Of a stretch of 38,793 nt of DNA, positions 37,401 to 38,793 are shown in pieces (position 1 is the first letter of the stretch; each line of letters opens with the position of its first letter). Source of the DNA: Octopus bimaculoides (lineage: Eukaryota); assembly GCF_001194135.2 (NCBI RefSeq), contig NC_068983.1, forward strand, positions 35,562,175 to 35,600,967, written 5' to 3'. Both the position numbers and the translations under genes were made by a program. The notes beneath the pieces were generated by a model. That model saw only the letters and a program-made list of their open reading frames with translations. It did no database searches and was not told the origin of the DNA.

Positions 37401-37680
37401 CCATTATTTAAGGAAAAAACAACATTTTCTCACACCGACGCCAAGCAAGACTTCAAAGCAAGGAGCTCACAGCGGGCTTTTGTTCCGCTGTGATACCACA
37501 TACATTGTCTCCAGAGATTATTGAACCTCACGTGTATGGGAGAGAAGGCTAACTACGCACTGCTGTGAAGATGGTTACTGAAAGTAAACCCCTTGTACGA
37601 AGCACCTGTGAATAAACGGTTATTGAATTTACTCCACCTGAGAACTTCATTCTTCATATTTCCAGCTCCTTGAATCAACA
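34497..37680 (+). mobile_element. Decayed Ty3/Gypsy LTR retrotransposon, antisense in the intron upstream of the SH2 exon
   Basis: 5' LTR remnant 34497-34579 (tgtagcgaggcacaaagaagccag) matches the 3' LTR starting at 37302, which follows a PPT-like agaagggagcccc. The pol order RT-RNaseH-IN lies between them. The right end (atcaaca, 37680) is approximate and no TSD was found. Confidence 0.88.
34580..36900 (+). pseudogene. Disrupted Gypsy pol (RT, RNase H, integrase)
   Basis: RT: GDYRRLN, FSKVDLIRAYHQIP, FQRFID, YVDD. RNase H: LTVDASDSAVGAIL, LAFFSRQL, RELLAI, TDHKPL. Integrase: HPGI...CVKCQ, HVHIYLVGP, TTDRGRQF. Multiple stops and frameshifts. Confidence 0.9.
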
Positions 37681-38793
37681 GTATAATTATAATGGAAGAA
37701 GATGATACCCCAAAAGTATCATAAAAACCTTTCCATTATAAAGCATTTGATAACAGTAATAACAATCAAAGAATTTGCCAGCAAAATCTTATAAAATGAC
37801 AATGTTCTAAAAGATGTATATGATAAATAAATGTTTTTAGTTAAATGTTCATTTTGAGACGATTAAATAAACATCACTGGTATCCTGCCACCTTTCATAC
37901 TGAGTTTTTAATTTTCCTTTCTTTCATAATTTCCCTTTTTTTTTTTATTCCGTAAAAATAAAGAAAATTTAAATCAAGGCAGGCTGTATTTAGTACAATT
38001 AAGAGGTTATTTGTTTAAAGGTAATCCGGTTCTGACCTCACTACACAGTACGAAAATGCATTTACTCTCCACCCTTTCACAATTACGCTGAGATCTTACC
38101 GTGAAGTATTGATGCGTCTTTTAGAAAAAAAAATACAAAAGTTAAGAAAAATAACTTATATAGCCTAATGCGCATCTGAATATAAGTTTAGAAATGCTAA
38201 GTTAAAGAGCTTTGGGTATTCATGGAAACTATTCCCCGCAACACTAAGCCATTTCAAAACTCATTGCAACTACTAAAAAGTCAGAACAGGGCTGGCGAAC
38301 CCAATTACAACTGCCCCATTCAGTGTTTGTTGTTTAGCTTAGCTCTGATCAAACAGATTTATCATCGAAAGACATCCCAAATGAAGCAAACCCGTCTTTT
38401 TGTATTTTCCAGGCAGTATATTCTTAAATTACATTATCGAATGAGTTCTTCCCTTCTTTTGAAAACGGCAGAGTTTAATTTGAGGGATTTGTTTGTTGTT
38501 TCTTGCAGGTCAAATGACCACATAGATCCTCTCTCGTTAGCTCACAAGTTGCAGATGTATTTATGAGGGCGTAGACATATGGAGAACTGAATGTATCTGG
38601 CTTATCTCAAGTTTTATTTATATACATAGTCACTTCTTTTTATAACGAAGCCCCCCCCCCAACCCCACCAATGTTGATTAATCACAGCGGATTTATCACG
38701 ATCAACAGAAACTTCCGTCTTACATATTTTTGTTTGACTTTTTTCAGAATTAATGTATTTCAAACTACTATTTATCCTTCTGTTTTTTTAAAA

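Noticed and set aside
34490-37750. Target-site duplication for the Gypsy element
   Set aside because: The left flank (g)aagc does not match the sequence after the apparent right end (gtata), so no TSD or exact right boundary is claimed.

Overview
AT-rich, intron- and repeat-dense animal genomic DNA with several N gaps. The repeat families (tRNA-headed SINEs, RTE-LINE tails ending in (GAT)n) look most like an octopod cephalopod; this is inference from recalled repeat sequences. Two spliced genes converge tail to tail. On +, the last three coding exons of GART (formyltransferase domain; 803-920, 2056-2195, 3419-3610). On -, eight in-frame exons (33323 to 5105; 1090 nt, 362 codons plus stop, 5' end not found) of a divergent CSK-like SH2-tyrosine kinase. 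This kinase has HCD instead of HRD, GKGEFS instead of GKGEFG and FLIRKS instead of FLVRES. The introns hold RTE and CR1-type LINE remnants, SINEs, a mariner-derived hairpin MITE 16 nt from a splice donor, a piggyBac-type MITE, a solo LTR nested in a SINE, a 727-bp TRIM-like mini LTR element and a decayed Ty3/Gypsy element. The best lead is that several non-canonical kinase residues are one A-to-G change from the CSK consensus, and one sits in a UAG context beside the MITE hairpin, suggesting possible restorative A-to-I editing. That idea is untested.
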